A DNA stretch of 64,000 nt from an uncultured Gemmataceae bacterium (GCA_963750165.1 CAVVPN010000003.1:1344001-1408000), one strand, 5' to 3'. Positions 11,425 through 20,090 are shown, numbered from the stretch's first letter. The notes: generated by a model not told the origin, from the letters alone. Program-made: numbers and translations.

Positions 11425-12099
11425 TCAGGTTACCTGTTTGTTGTAAATCTCCAGCAGAATCTCTTCCACTGTCTTGAACTGCTTGCCGCGCGCCAGTGCC
11501 TTGTCGAGCAGGTCACGCGCCTCCAGCGGACTGTGACCGATGCTCAGCAGCGCCCGATAGGCGTCCTCCAGCATGTTGCCGTCCACCACGTCCGGCGCTG
11601 GCGTCGTGGCCCCGGCAACCGCCTTGCCGTCCGCGCTGGGCTCCGCGTCCGCCGTCGGCCCGGTCATGGCGAAGCGCGTCACCTTGCGCTTCAGCTTGGC
11701 CACCATCTGCTCCGCCGTCGCGGCGCCGACGCCCGGCAGCGTCGTCAGCCACTTGCTGTCCTGCCGCTGGATGGCGTTGGCGATCTCCCGCACCGGCCGC
11801 ATCAAGGCCTTGAGCGCCTTGCGCACGCCCACCTTGTCCACCGTGCAGAACAGCTCGAAAAACTCCAGGTCCGCCTCGTGCAGAAAGCCGATCAACCGCG
11901 GCACCACCCGGCCCTGCATCGGATTGCCGTCCAGGTATTCCGTGGTGTGCAGCGTCAGTTCCTGACCGGTGTGCGTCTGCAACTGCCGGCGGACGAACTC
12001 CGGCACCAGCACCTGATATTCAAGCGGCCCGACCAGCAGCCGCACTTCCTCGTCGAGCACCCGGTTGAGCACGCCGGTCATGCGCGTAATCATGGCCAT
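11425..12099 (-). CDS. ruvA: Holliday junction branch migration protein RuvA
   Basis: HhH motifs TVDKVGVRKAL and TLPGVGAATAEQ; lies between ruvC and ruvB. Confidence 0.9.
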   Translation of the reverse strand: MAMITRMTGVLNRVLDEEVRLLVGPLEYQVLVPEFVRRQLQTHTGQELTLHTTEYLDGNPMQGRVVPRLIGFLHEADLEFFELFCTVDKVGVRKALKALMRPVREIANAIQRQDSKWLTTLPGVGAATAEQMVAKLKRKVTRFAMTGPTADAEPSADGKAVAGATTPAPDVVDGNMLEDAYRALLSIGHSPLEARDLLDKALARGKQFKTVEEILLEIYNKQVT

Positions 12100-12102
12100 G
12101 CC

Positions 12103-12609
12103 TCACGCGGAGAGTTTTTGCGTGTAGTAATGACACAGCGCCGCCGCCAGGGCGTCCGCCACGTCGGGTGGCTCCGGCAGCGCCACCAGACCCAACTCGC
12201 GCTGGACGGTGCGCTGCACCTGCTCCTTCGTGGCGTGGCCGTTGCCGGTCACCGTCTTCTTGATGCGCGTCGCGTTGTAGCTCACCACCGTCAGCCCCTT
12301 TTGCGCCGCCGCCAGGAAGATGACGCCGCGGGCGTGGGCCATCAGGATGGCGGTGCGCGGGTGATCGTAGTGAGCGTACAACTGCTCCGCCGCCACCACG
12401 TCCGGTTGCAACTCTTCTAGAATCTCTACTAAACCATTGTACAGAGAGAGCAGACGGGGTGCCATGTCAGTCGTGGCGCGACCCTCGGCGCTCTTGATAA
12501 CGCCTGCCTCGCAGACTACCGGGCGCGTGCCGACCTCAACGACGGCGTAGCCGGTGACCTGCAGGCCGGGATCGATGCCGAGGATGCGCTGGCCACGGGG
12601 GGGAGGCAT
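12103..12609 (-). CDS. ruvC: Crossover junction endodeoxyribonuclease RuvC
   Basis: ILGIDPG..TGY, AHARG, IKKTVTGNGHATKEQV, DVADALA; start position uncertain. Confidence 0.93.
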   Translation of the reverse strand: MPPPRGQRILGIDPGLQVTGYAVVEVGTRPVVCEAGVIKSAEGRATTDMAPRLLSLYNGLVEILEELQPDVVAAEQLYAHYDHPRTAILMAHARGVIFLAAAQKGLTVVSYNATRIKKTVTGNGHATKEQVQRTVQRELGLVALPEPPDVADALAAALCHYYTQKLSA

Positions 12610-12716
12610 GACGGACTCCAGAGCGGTATTCGGTGTTCGGTTGTCTACGAACATGGTCGGCCCGGGGACGGCGTGGACGTGAACAAAACTCACCACCGAC
12701 CACCGAACACCGCCGC

Positions 12717-14213
12717 TTATCCGATCCGCCAGCCGGTGCCGCCGGGTCGGTCTTCCAGCGTCACTTTGAGATCGGCGAGCCGTTTACGAATTTGGTCGCC
12801 CAGCGCGAAATTCTTGGCCTTGCGCGCTTCCGTGCGCAGGTCGATCAACAGCTGCATCAACCCCTGCACGAGCTGATCCTGTCCCGCCTGTTCGCCCTGC
12901 GGCGGGGCCAGGAACAGGCCAAGGATTTGACTCAGTTCCTTGAGCACCAGTACGCCGCGCTCCAGCGCCTTGAGATCGGCGGCGGCGCCGTTGCCGGCCT
13001 CCAGTTGCTTGGTGTCCGCAAAGCGGTTCAGCAATTTCAGCAACTCGAACAGCACGCCGATGGCGCCGCCGGTGTTGAAGTCGCTGTCCATGTGATCCAG
13101 GAACGCCTCCCAGAGCCGCTGCACATCGATCAGCAGTTCCGCTGTGCTGCCGTCCGTGTCAAACTTCTTTTTGCTGCTCGGCGGCTTCAGATCGTAAAAG
13201 CTCTTGCCGGTGACGCGCAGGTATCGCTCGAACAGGCGGTAAAAGCTGTCCAGGCTGCGCTCCACTTCCTTCAGCCGTTCGTCGCTGTATTCGATGGGGC
13301 TGCGGTAGTGCGTGCCCAGGAGCAGGAAGCGCACCGTCTCCGGCTGGTGCTTCTGCAGCAGGTCGGCGATGTTGATGACGTTGCCGAGCGAACCGGCCAT
13401 CTTTTCGGGCTTGCCCTCCTCCGAGCGCAGTTTCAGCAGCCCGTTGTGCATCCAGTAGCGCGCGAACGTCTCGCCGGAGTACGATTCCGACTGGGCCAAC
13501 TCGTTCTCGTGGTGCGGGAACTGCAAATCCAGGCCGCCGCCGTGGATGTCGAGCGTCTGGCCGAGGAGCTTCATGCTCATGGCGGAGCACTCGATGTGCC
13601 AGCCCGGCCGGCCCGGGCCCCACGGACTCTCCCACGCCGGCTCGCCCGGCTTGGCGCCCTTCCATAGCGCGAAGTCGCCCGGGTTGCGCTTCTTCTCGCT
13701 GACCTCGATGCGCGCCCCCGCCTCCAGCTGCTCCGGGTCGCGGTTGCACAGTTTGCCGTAATCCGGGTCGCGTGTCACATCGAAATACACGTCGCCGCCG
13801 GCGGCATACGCATACCCCGTCTCGATGAGCTTGCGCATCATCTCGATCATTTCGGGGATGTGCTCGGTCGCGCGCGGCATCTGGTCAATACCCGTCACCC
13901 CCAGCTTCTTCAGGCACTCGACGTAATCGACAGTCATGCGCTCCGCCAGTTCCTTGACGGCGGTGCCGAGTTCGCGGGCGCGGACGATGAGCTTGTCGTC
14001 CACGTCAGTGATGTTGACGACCCAGGTGACCTGATAACCCAGATACGTCAGGTAGCGCTTGACGGTATCGAAGATAACGGGGCCGACCATGTGGCCGATG
14101 TGGCTGGGCTTGTAGACGGTGGGGCCGCACAAGTACATGCGCACCTTGCCGCGCTCGACCGTCTCGAACGGCTCTTCCTTCCGCGACAACGTGTTGAACA
14201 CGCGCAAGGCCAT
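12717..14213 (-). CDS. cysS: Cysteine--tRNA ligase
   Basis: CGPTVY..HIGH, NITDVDDK, GRPGWHIECS, DIHGGGLDLQFPHHENE; KMSKS replaced by KMAGS. Confidence 0.96.
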   Translation of the reverse strand: MALRVFNTLSRKEEPFETVERGKVRMYLCGPTVYKPSHIGHMVGPVIFDTVKRYLTYLGYQVTWVVNITDVDDKLIVRARELGTAVKELAERMTVDYVECLKKLGVTGIDQMPRATEHIPEMIEMMRKLIETGYAYAAGGDVYFDVTRDPDYGKLCNRDPEQLEAGARIEVSEKKRNPGDFALWKGAKPGEPAWESPWGPGRPGWHIECSAMSMKLLGQTLDIHGGGLDLQFPHHENELAQSESYSGETFARYWMHNGLLKLRSEEGKPEKMAGSLGNVINIADLLQKHQPETVRFLLLGTHYRSPIEYSDERLKEVERSLDSFYRLFERYLRVTGKSFYDLKPPSSKKKFDTDGSTAELLIDVQRLWEAFLDHMDSDFNTGGAIGVLFELLKLLNRFADTKQLEAGNGAAADLKALERGVLVLKELSQILGLFLAPPQGEQAGQDQLVQGLMQLLIDLRTEARKAKNFALGDQIRKRLADLKVTLEDRPGGTGWRIG

Positions 14214-14232
14214 CACCCACTCTCCCTTTCGG

Positions 14233-14317
14233 GAGAGTCATTAGTCATTAGTCATTAGTCATTAGTCAACTGGGGTCCGGTTGATTAATGACTAATGACT
14301 AATGACTAATGACTCTC
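14233..14317. repeat. Inverted pair of heptamer tandem arrays (AGTCATT)4 / (AATGACT)4
   Basis: 38-bp arms with one mismatch around a 9-bp loop; overlaps the ispF stop codon. Confidence 0.95.
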
Positions 14318-14785
14318 ATGATCAATCAGCGCCACCGCCTGGCAGCCGATCGCCTCCGCCCGGCCGATGCTGCCGACGCCCTCGCCGGTCTTCGCCTTGA
14401 CGTTCACGCAGTCCTCGCCCAGCCCGAGCAGCTCCGCCAGCTGCCGGCGGATGGCCGCCTTGACCGGCCCCAACTTCGGCTGCTGGGCGAACACAATCAC
14501 GTCCACATTGACAACACGCCAGCCCGCCTGGTTCAGCCGCGCCAGCGTTTCGCGCAGGAACAGCCGCGAGTCGGCGTCCTTGTACTTCGGATCGGTGTCG
14601 GGGTAGGCGTCGCCAATGTCGCCGAGGCCGGCGGCGCCGAGCAGGGCGTCGGTCAGGGCGTGCAGCACCACGTCGGCGTCACTGTGGCCGACGAGGCCGC
14701 GCGGGTGTTCGATGCGAACGCCGCCCAGCAGGAGCGGCCGCCCGTCCGCCAGACGGTGGGTGTCGTGACCGATGCCGACGCGCAT
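14306..14785 (-). CDS. ispF: 2-C-methyl-D-erythritol 2,4-cyclodiphosphate synthase
   Basis: MRVGIGHDTH, GHSDADVVLHA, GDIG, NVKAKTGE. Confidence 0.95.
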   Translation of the reverse strand: MRVGIGHDTHRLADGRPLLLGGVRIEHPRGLVGHSDADVVLHALTDALLGAAGLGDIGDAYPDTDPKYKDADSRLFLRETLARLNQAGWRVVNVDVIVFAQQPKLGPVKAAIRRQLAELLGLGEDCVNVKAKTGEGVGSIGRAEAIGCQAVALIDHESH

Positions 14786-14857
14786 GCTGTCCTCCGTGCA
14801 TCCCCGGACTTCAGGCACTATAGCGACCGACCGGGCCGGCTGACAACGCGAGTCGGC

Positions 14858-16213
14858 TCAGGCGCCGTAGCCGAAGGGTGGCTCGACGGCGAAGTTCTCA
14901 TAGCGCATGAACTGCTTGAGGTAGGTGAGCGTGACCTCGCCAGTGGGGCCGTTGCGCTGCTTGGCGATGATGACCTCGATGACGCCCTCGTGCTGGCCCG
15001 GTTCGTGCAATTCCGGACGGTGCAGCAACATCACGGTGTCCGCGTCCTGTTCTATACTTCCAGACTCCCTTAAATCCGATAATCGTGGCCGATGGTCCTG
15101 GCGGTCCTCGGAACTGCGATTCACCTGGGCCAGCGACATCACCGGGATGTTGAGTTCGCGGGCCAGGAACTTGAGACGGCGCGAGATTTGCGCCACCTGT
15201 TCCTGGCGCGGGTCGCGGCGGTTGTCCGGCTCAATGAGCTGCAGATAATCGATGACCACCAGTTTGAGGCCGTGGCGGAGTTTCAGCCGGCGGGCATTGG
15301 CGGCGATGCGGAGCATTCCCTGGCCGGGCGAGTCGTCGATGAACAGCTTCGCCTGCCGCAGATTATCGCCCGCCTGGATCAACTTGTCCATGTCATCGCC
15401 ATTGAGATGGCCCTTGCGCAGTTTATGGCTGTCCACCCTGGCGTGCGAACACAGCAACCGTTCGGTCAACTCGATGCGCGACTGCTCCAGGCTGACGAAG
15501 AACACGGTGGCCTGTTCTTCCACGGTGACGTGGCGGACAACGTTCAAGGCGAAGCTCGTCTTGCCGACCGAGGGCCTGGCGGCCAGGATGACGAGTTCCG
15601 AGTTTTGCAGTCCCGCGGTGAGATTGTCCAGGTCGATGAAGCCCGTCGAGATACCGCTGATCGATTGTTTGTGCAGCAGCCGGGCGTCAATGCGGTTGTA
15701 GGTTTCGTCCAGCGCTTTTTGCAGAGTGACCGTTTCACCGGTAATGCCCAGTTCGGCGATCTCAAAAATCTTGCGCTCGGCGCCGCCGATCAATTCGTCG
15801 GCGGGGGAGGATTGCTCGTAACAGTCGCGGAGGATTTCGGTGCTGGTGTGGATGAGCGTGCGCAGCAGCGCCTTGTCACGGACAATGCGGGCGTAATATT
15901 CAGCGTTCGCGGCGGTCGGGGCGGCGTCCCACAAATCGGCCAGGTAGGTCAGACCGCCCACGTCTTCGAGGAACTTTTGTTGCTTCAGCCATTCCGCCAG
16001 CGTCACCAGATCGGCAGGGTTATTTTTCCCAGCGTAAAGGGCCTTGATACCTTTGAAGATTTTGCGGTGGGCGTCCGTGTAAAAAAAATCCTCGCTCTGG
16101 AGAATTTGAAACACATCATCAATGATTTTATTATCGCGCAGCATGCTGCCCAGCACGCTGCGTTCGGCGTCACGGTTCTGAGGGGGAAGACGTTCGCTTC
16201 CTTGCTCGGACAT
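14858..16213 (-). CDS. dnaB: Replicative DNA helicase
   Basis: AARPSVGKT, IDYLQL, DLRESGSIEQDAD, KQRNGPTG; no intein present. Confidence 0.97.
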   Translation of the reverse strand: MSEQGSERLPPQNRDAERSVLGSMLRDNKIIDDVFQILQSEDFFYTDAHRKIFKGIKALYAGKNNPADLVTLAEWLKQQKFLEDVGGLTYLADLWDAAPTAANAEYYARIVRDKALLRTLIHTSTEILRDCYEQSSPADELIGGAERKIFEIAELGITGETVTLQKALDETYNRIDARLLHKQSISGISTGFIDLDNLTAGLQNSELVILAARPSVGKTSFALNVVRHVTVEEQATVFFVSLEQSRIELTERLLCSHARVDSHKLRKGHLNGDDMDKLIQAGDNLRQAKLFIDDSPGQGMLRIAANARRLKLRHGLKLVVIDYLQLIEPDNRRDPRQEQVAQISRRLKFLARELNIPVMSLAQVNRSSEDRQDHRPRLSDLRESGSIEQDADTVMLLHRPELHEPGQHEGVIEVIIAKQRNGPTGEVTLTYLKQFMRYENFAVEPPFGYGA

Positions 16214-16252
16214 GGCCCACCTCCTTCCTGGCGATGAGCAATTCAGGATGTG

Positions 16253-16317
16253 GTTCGTGGTCCCGCCTTCGGGCGGAATCTAACACGCAGATTCCGCCTG
16301 AAGGCGGGACTACGAAC
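16253..16317. repeat. REP-like palindrome (GTAGTCCCGCCTTCAGGCGG family)
   Basis: IR GTTCGTGGTCCCGCCTTCGGGCGGAATCT / AGATTCCGCCTGAAGGCGGGACTACGAAC; related to 62213-62266. Confidence 0.85.
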
Positions 16318-16332
16318 GAAGAATCTCACCGC

Positions 16333-16854
16333 TCACTTCTTGGCTTCGGTCTGCTTCAGCGGCACCACCATGACGGTGACCTTGCTCTCGATCTCGTAAC
16401 CCAGCCCCAGGTTGACCTCGTACAGCGCACACTGTTTGATCGGCCCTTCCAGCTTGACCATGTCGGGCTCGACCTTGAGGTTCTTGCCCTTGAGCGCTTT
16501 GGAAATCTCCGTGGCACCGACGGAGCCGAACAGGTGGCCGTCCTCGTTGGCCAGCGCCTCGATGCTGATGTGCGGCACACGCTGGATCTGCTCGGCGAGC
16601 ACCTTCAAGTCGGCGATTTTGGCCTCGCGGGCCTGGTTGATGCGGATCTTGTGGCGCTCCAGCAGCCGCAGGTTGTGCGCGCTGGGCACCGTCGCCATGC
16701 CGTTCGGCACCAGGTAATTGCGGCCGTAGCCCGGCTTGACCTCGACCACGTCGCCCTGCTTGCCAAGGTTGGGCACGTCCTCGGTCAACACCAGTTGCAT
16801 GCCGCGGTGACTGCCCCGGATGATCTGGTTGCGCTGCTTGATTTTGCCTGCCAT
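16333..16854 (-). CDS. rplI: 50S ribosomal protein L9
   Basis: LGKQGDVVEVKPGYGRNYLVP, GHLFGSV. Confidence 0.95.
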   Translation of the reverse strand: MAGKIKQRNQIIRGSHRGMQLVLTEDVPNLGKQGDVVEVKPGYGRNYLVPNGMATVPSAHNLRLLERHKIRINQAREAKIADLKVLAEQIQRVPHISIEALANEDGHLFGSVGATEISKALKGKNLKVEPDMVKLEGPIKQCALYEVNLGLGYEIESKVTVMVVPLKQTEAKK

Positions 16855-16893
16855 GAGTCAACCTTTTTCACTGGGAGCGCCACCCCGCGGCGC

Positions 16894-17394
16894 TCAGAAC
16901 GGGATTTCTTCGTTGGTGCCGCCGCCCGAGGACGGCTCCTCGCCAAAGTCATCGTGGACCGGGGCCGTGCTTGGCGTGGCGGCGCTGGCCATCGGCTTGC
17001 GCTGCTGGTAACTGCCGCCGCCGCTGGCGCCGCCAACGTCGTCCTTCTTTTCCAGGAACTGGAAGTTCTCGACGACCAGCACGTGCTTGCTGCGCTTGCC
17101 GCCGCCGTTCTTGTCGTCCCAGGTCTCCATGACCAGGTGACCTTCCAGAAAGACCTGATGGCCCTTCCGCAGACTTTGCGCGGCCAGGTCTGCTTGCCGG
17201 CTGCTCTCGGCGCTGCCGTAAATCTTCGTGTCGATGAACATCGGTTCGTCCACCCACTGGCCGGTCTGCTGGTCCTTCTTGCGGTTGCTCACCGCAAAGC
17301 CAAACTGCACCACCTTGCCACCGCTGGGGAAATTCCGCGTTTCCGGATCCCGGGTCAACCGACCGATAAACAGCACCTTGTTCACGTTTGCCAT
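16894..17394 (-). CDS. ssb: Single-stranded DNA-binding protein
   Basis: MANVNKVLFIGRLTRDPE..acidic tail EEIPF. Confidence 0.95.
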   Translation of the reverse strand: MANVNKVLFIGRLTRDPETRNFPSGGKVVQFGFAVSNRKKDQQTGQWVDEPMFIDTKIYGSAESSRQADLAAQSLRKGHQVFLEGHLVMETWDDKNGGGKRSKHVLVVENFQFLEKKDDVGGASGGGSYQQRKPMASAATPSTAPVHDDFGEEPSSGGGTNEEIPF

Positions 17395-17463
17395 GGGGCG
17401 TCTCCTTGAGTTTGCACCGTCCGCACCGAAACCGCGCACCCCACGCCGGGATTGCGCGTTTGT

Positions 17464-17493
17464 AGTATACATCCGTCCGCCGAACGGAAGCAA
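17464..17493 (-). promoter_or_regulatory. Candidate sigma70 promoter for ssb
   Basis: Minus strand TTGCTT-N18-TATACT, 70 bp upstream of the ssb ATG. Confidence 0.4.
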
Positions 17494-17571
17494 GCTCGGT
17501 TGGTCGGAAGCGTGCCGGAAAGCAAGTGCAGTTCGCGGAGTAACCCGTTTGGCTGGCAAGGCCGACGCGGT

Positions 17572-18024
17572 TTAACCCTTGTCGTCGTCATCGCGGCGCC
17601 GGCCGCCGCGCCGTTCGCCGCCGTGGCGGTCACCGTCGCCGCCGAGGCCGTCCTCGGTCGAGTCGTCATGGATGAGCTGCAGCGCCAGCGCGTTCTCGTC
17701 GCGGGCCAGCGTCAGCATGGTGTCCACCATCTTCGGCTCGACCTTCAACATCAGCGCGCGCAGCACCATTTCGAGCAGTGCGTAGTCGTGCTTGATGACA
17801 TCCAGGTTCTTGCCCTCGGTGCGGAAGTACGTCAGGTAGTACAACCCCTTCTTGTGCTTCTTGATGGGGTAGAGCAGGCGGCGCTCGTCCCAGGGGCGGC
17901 TGGCGAGCACCTCGGCGTTGTGTTTTTCCAGAACGGCGTGGAGCTGCTTGGCGGCAGCCGGCACGTCGCCGGACACCTTGTTCGTGTCCAGCAGGAACAT
18001 GCACTCGTAAACGTTCGCTGGCAT
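17572..18024 (-). CDS. rpsF: 30S ribosomal protein S6
   Basis: YECMFLL..WDERRLLYPIKKHKKGLYYL; position between pth and ssb. Confidence 0.9.
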   Translation of the reverse strand: MPANVYECMFLLDTNKVSGDVPAAAKQLHAVLEKHNAEVLASRPWDERRLLYPIKKHKKGLYYLTYFRTEGKNLDVIKHDYALLEMVLRALMLKVEPKMVDTMLTLARDENALALQLIHDDSTEDGLGGDGDRHGGERRGGRRRDDDDKG

Positions 18025-18058
18025 AAGCCTCACTCAAGCGTTAGGGACACAGAATATC

Positions 18059-18141
18059 CTTTCTGCCGCTTGCGGCTTGGCGCGCTGCAGCCCATCTGGC
18101 GTTAGAAGGGTTGCAGCGCGCAGGCCGCAAGCGGCAGAAAG
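18059..18141. repeat. REP-like palindrome (GCCGCTTGCGGC family), copy 2
   Basis: CTTTCTGCCGCTTGCGGC..GCCGCAAGCGGCAGAAAG; shares inner CCCATCT and GCAGCGCG with 11341-11422. Confidence 0.85.
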
Positions 18142-18145
18142 ACCG

Positions 18146-18720
18146 TCAACCGTTATACCGATTCATGCAGTCGCCGATGCCCTTGTTCAACCACAGGTCC
18201 GCCGCCTGCACCGCCGCTTGCAGCGCCTCCTCGATGACCGCCCGTTCGCTGGGCCGGAAGCGGCCGAGCACATGGTCCACCGTGTCGTGCTCGTCCGGAG
18301 CGCCCACGCCGATGCGCAGCCGGGCGTACTCGGTGGTGCCCAGGTGGTTCTGGATGTCGCGCAACCCGTTGTGACCGCCGTGCGTCCCCTTGGCCCGCGC
18401 CCGCAGTTTGCCGAGCGGCAGGTTGATGTCATCCGCGACGATCAGCAAATCCTCCAGCGGCAACTGGTAGAAATCGACAATCTGCCGGACGCAGCGGCCG
18501 CTCAGGTTCATGAAGGTCTGCGGCTTGACGAGCAGCACCTTGATGGCGTCCTCGATCACCTCGACGACCTCCGCGTCGAAGCGACTCTGCGCGCGACCGC
18601 GCGCGGGCTCTCGGCCAGGGCATCGACCACCGCGAACCCGACGTTGTGTCGGGTGCCGTGGTACTTGCTGCCCGGGTTGCCCAGACCGACCACCACCTTC
18701 AGCCGCAACCCAGACGCCAT
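18146..18720 (-). CDS. pth: Peptidyl-tRNA hydrolase (1-bp frameshift ~18598)
   Basis: [22 protein letters not shown] in one frame, [23 protein letters not shown] in the next; span 575 bp = 576 minus 1. Confidence 0.92.
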
Positions 18721-18735
18721 GACGCACCCAATTCA

Positions 18736-18801
18736 ATTGCAGATGGCAAATGGAAAGACCGAAACCGGCTGTCTTTCCATTTGCCATCTGCAATCTGCAA
18801 T
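18736..18801. repeat. Inverted repeat built from degenerate heptamers
   Basis: ATTGCAG ATGGCAA ATGGAAA GAC / GTC TTTCCAT TTGCCAT CTGCAAT CTGCAAT (perfect 24-bp arms plus one extra unit). Confidence 0.85.
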
Positions 18802-19442
18802 TATTTCTCCTCTTCCTCCTCGGCGGCCTTCTGGCGACCGATGACTTCCGGCTCGGCCTGTTCGCCGGCCTCGGCGGTCGCGGCGGCGGCCTCGGCGATC
18901 GGGGGCTTCACCTGAACCACGATGGCGTCCGGGTCCGTCATCGCCTTGACGCCTTCCGGCAACTTCAGGTCGCTCACGTGGATGATACCGTCGATCTGCA
19001 ACTCGCCGATATTGACGCGGATCGAATCCGGCATACTGATGGCCAGGCACTCGATCTCGATGTTGTGCAGCGGCTGGTCCAGGACGCCGCCCGCCGTGAC
19101 GCCCGGAGCGATGCCGCGCAGCTCGATCCGCACCTCGACGGTGACGCGCTCGTCGATGGAGACGCGCGTGAAATCGACGTGCAGGATGTCGTGGCCCAGG
19201 TGGTCGAACTGCAGGTCGCGGATCAGGACCTTTTCGGTCTTGCCGTCGAGCTTGAGGTCGAGCACGCGCGTGCCGTGGCGGATGATTTTGCCCAGTTCCT
19301 CGGCCTGGACCGCGATCGGAACGGTGGCTTCCTTGTGGCCGTAGATGACTGCCGGCACCAGCCCGGTGCGGCGCAACTGGCGGGCCTTGTGCGTGCCGCG
19401 CGTGCCGCGCGGCTGGGTGACCAACGTGACCGAATCGGCCAT
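18801..19442 (-). CDS. rplY: 50S ribosomal protein L25 / general stress protein Ctc
   Basis: ARQLRRTGLVPAVIYG, ILHVDF, C-terminal beta domain, EPEVI tail. Confidence 0.95.
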   Translation of the reverse strand: MADSVTLVTQPRGTRGTHKARQLRRTGLVPAVIYGHKEATVPIAVQAEELGKIIRHGTRVLDLKLDGKTEKVLIRDLQFDHLGHDILHVDFTRVSIDERVTVEVRIELRGIAPGVTAGGVLDQPLHNIEIECLAISMPDSIRVNIGELQIDGIIHVSDLKLPEGVKAMTDPDAIVVQVKPPIAEAAAATAEAGEQAEPEVIGRQKAAEEEEEK

Positions 19443-19474
19443 GACTGACTTCTCCTCGATGCCCTGCGCCCAAC

Positions 19475-19511
19475 AAAAAAGAGAACACCGCCCGCACGGG
19501 TGGGTGTTCCC
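19475..19511 (-). terminator. Intrinsic-terminator-like hairpin in the rplY upstream region
   Basis: Minus strand GGGAACACCCACCCGTGCGGGCGGTGTTCTC followed by TTTTTT. Confidence 0.5.
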
Positions 19512-19634
19512 GGTGCAACCTGTGTTGAAGATAGTTATTATTTCAACCGACCGGCCCGGTTGGCAAGAGCGCCGCGGAAAAATCGTTACCGTCCTCAGAA
19601 GTGGCAGGCCCCGACCGGGCCCCTCACGTCACGG

Positions 19635-20090
19635 TCAGCGCTTCTCAAGACTCTTTAGCATCTCGTCGAGCGTGTCGATGATGTCCTGCTCGATGTCCTG
19701 AGTGGCACGGCCGACATCGCCGCGCATCAGGCGTCGCTGGACGATCTCCATGTCCTTGCGCAGTTGATGAAAGACTTCGGGAAAGGCGACCGCCGCTCCT
19801 TGCGCTTCCAGAACGGCAATGGCTTTCGTCGCCTCCTTGATGATTGCCGTTTCGTCGGCGGCCAGTTTGAGCGCAGCGCGCCGACCCTCGGGATGCAACT
19901 TCCTGGCGGCATTGCCCTCGATGACCTGGTGCAGTCCCTTCGTGTCGTTGAGGACCGCCGTTTGCAGGTAGAGCATTCGTTGGCAACGGCTCCGCAGCGT
20001 GGCCAGGAGTGACCCCGTTTCTCCCCGAGAGAGGGCGGAGGCGCCGACGGCCGCCGCGAGGATCGGAACCAGGAAAACCGCAGGATTCAT
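19635..20090 (-). CDS. Hypothetical exported helical protein
   Basis: Signal-like N-terminus; AVAFPEVF..DM..VQRRL..DVG..TQDIEQDIIDTL helical pattern. Confidence 0.65.
   Translation of the reverse strand: MNPAVFLVPILAAAVGASALSRGETGSLLATLRSRCQRMLYLQTAVLNDTKGLHQVIEGNAARKLHPEGRRAALKLAADETAIIKEATKAIAVLEAQGAAVAFPEVFHQLRKDMEIVQRRLMRGDVGRATQDIEQDIIDTLDEMLKSLEKR

Noticed and set aside
12634..12653. TGTTCG-N8-CGAACA palindrome upstream of ruvC as an SOS box
   Set aside because: Spacing does not match LexA boxes I know, and no second copy was seen upstream of ssb or ruvA.
16854..16894. Missing rpsR between ssb and rplI
   Set aside because: To my knowledge this is the usual arrangement in Planctomycetota; no remnant is visible.
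10730..18610. Programmed frameshifting in ruvB and pth
   Set aside because: No slippery heptamer or stimulatory structure seen, and similar indels occur throughout the window, so assembly error is simpler.
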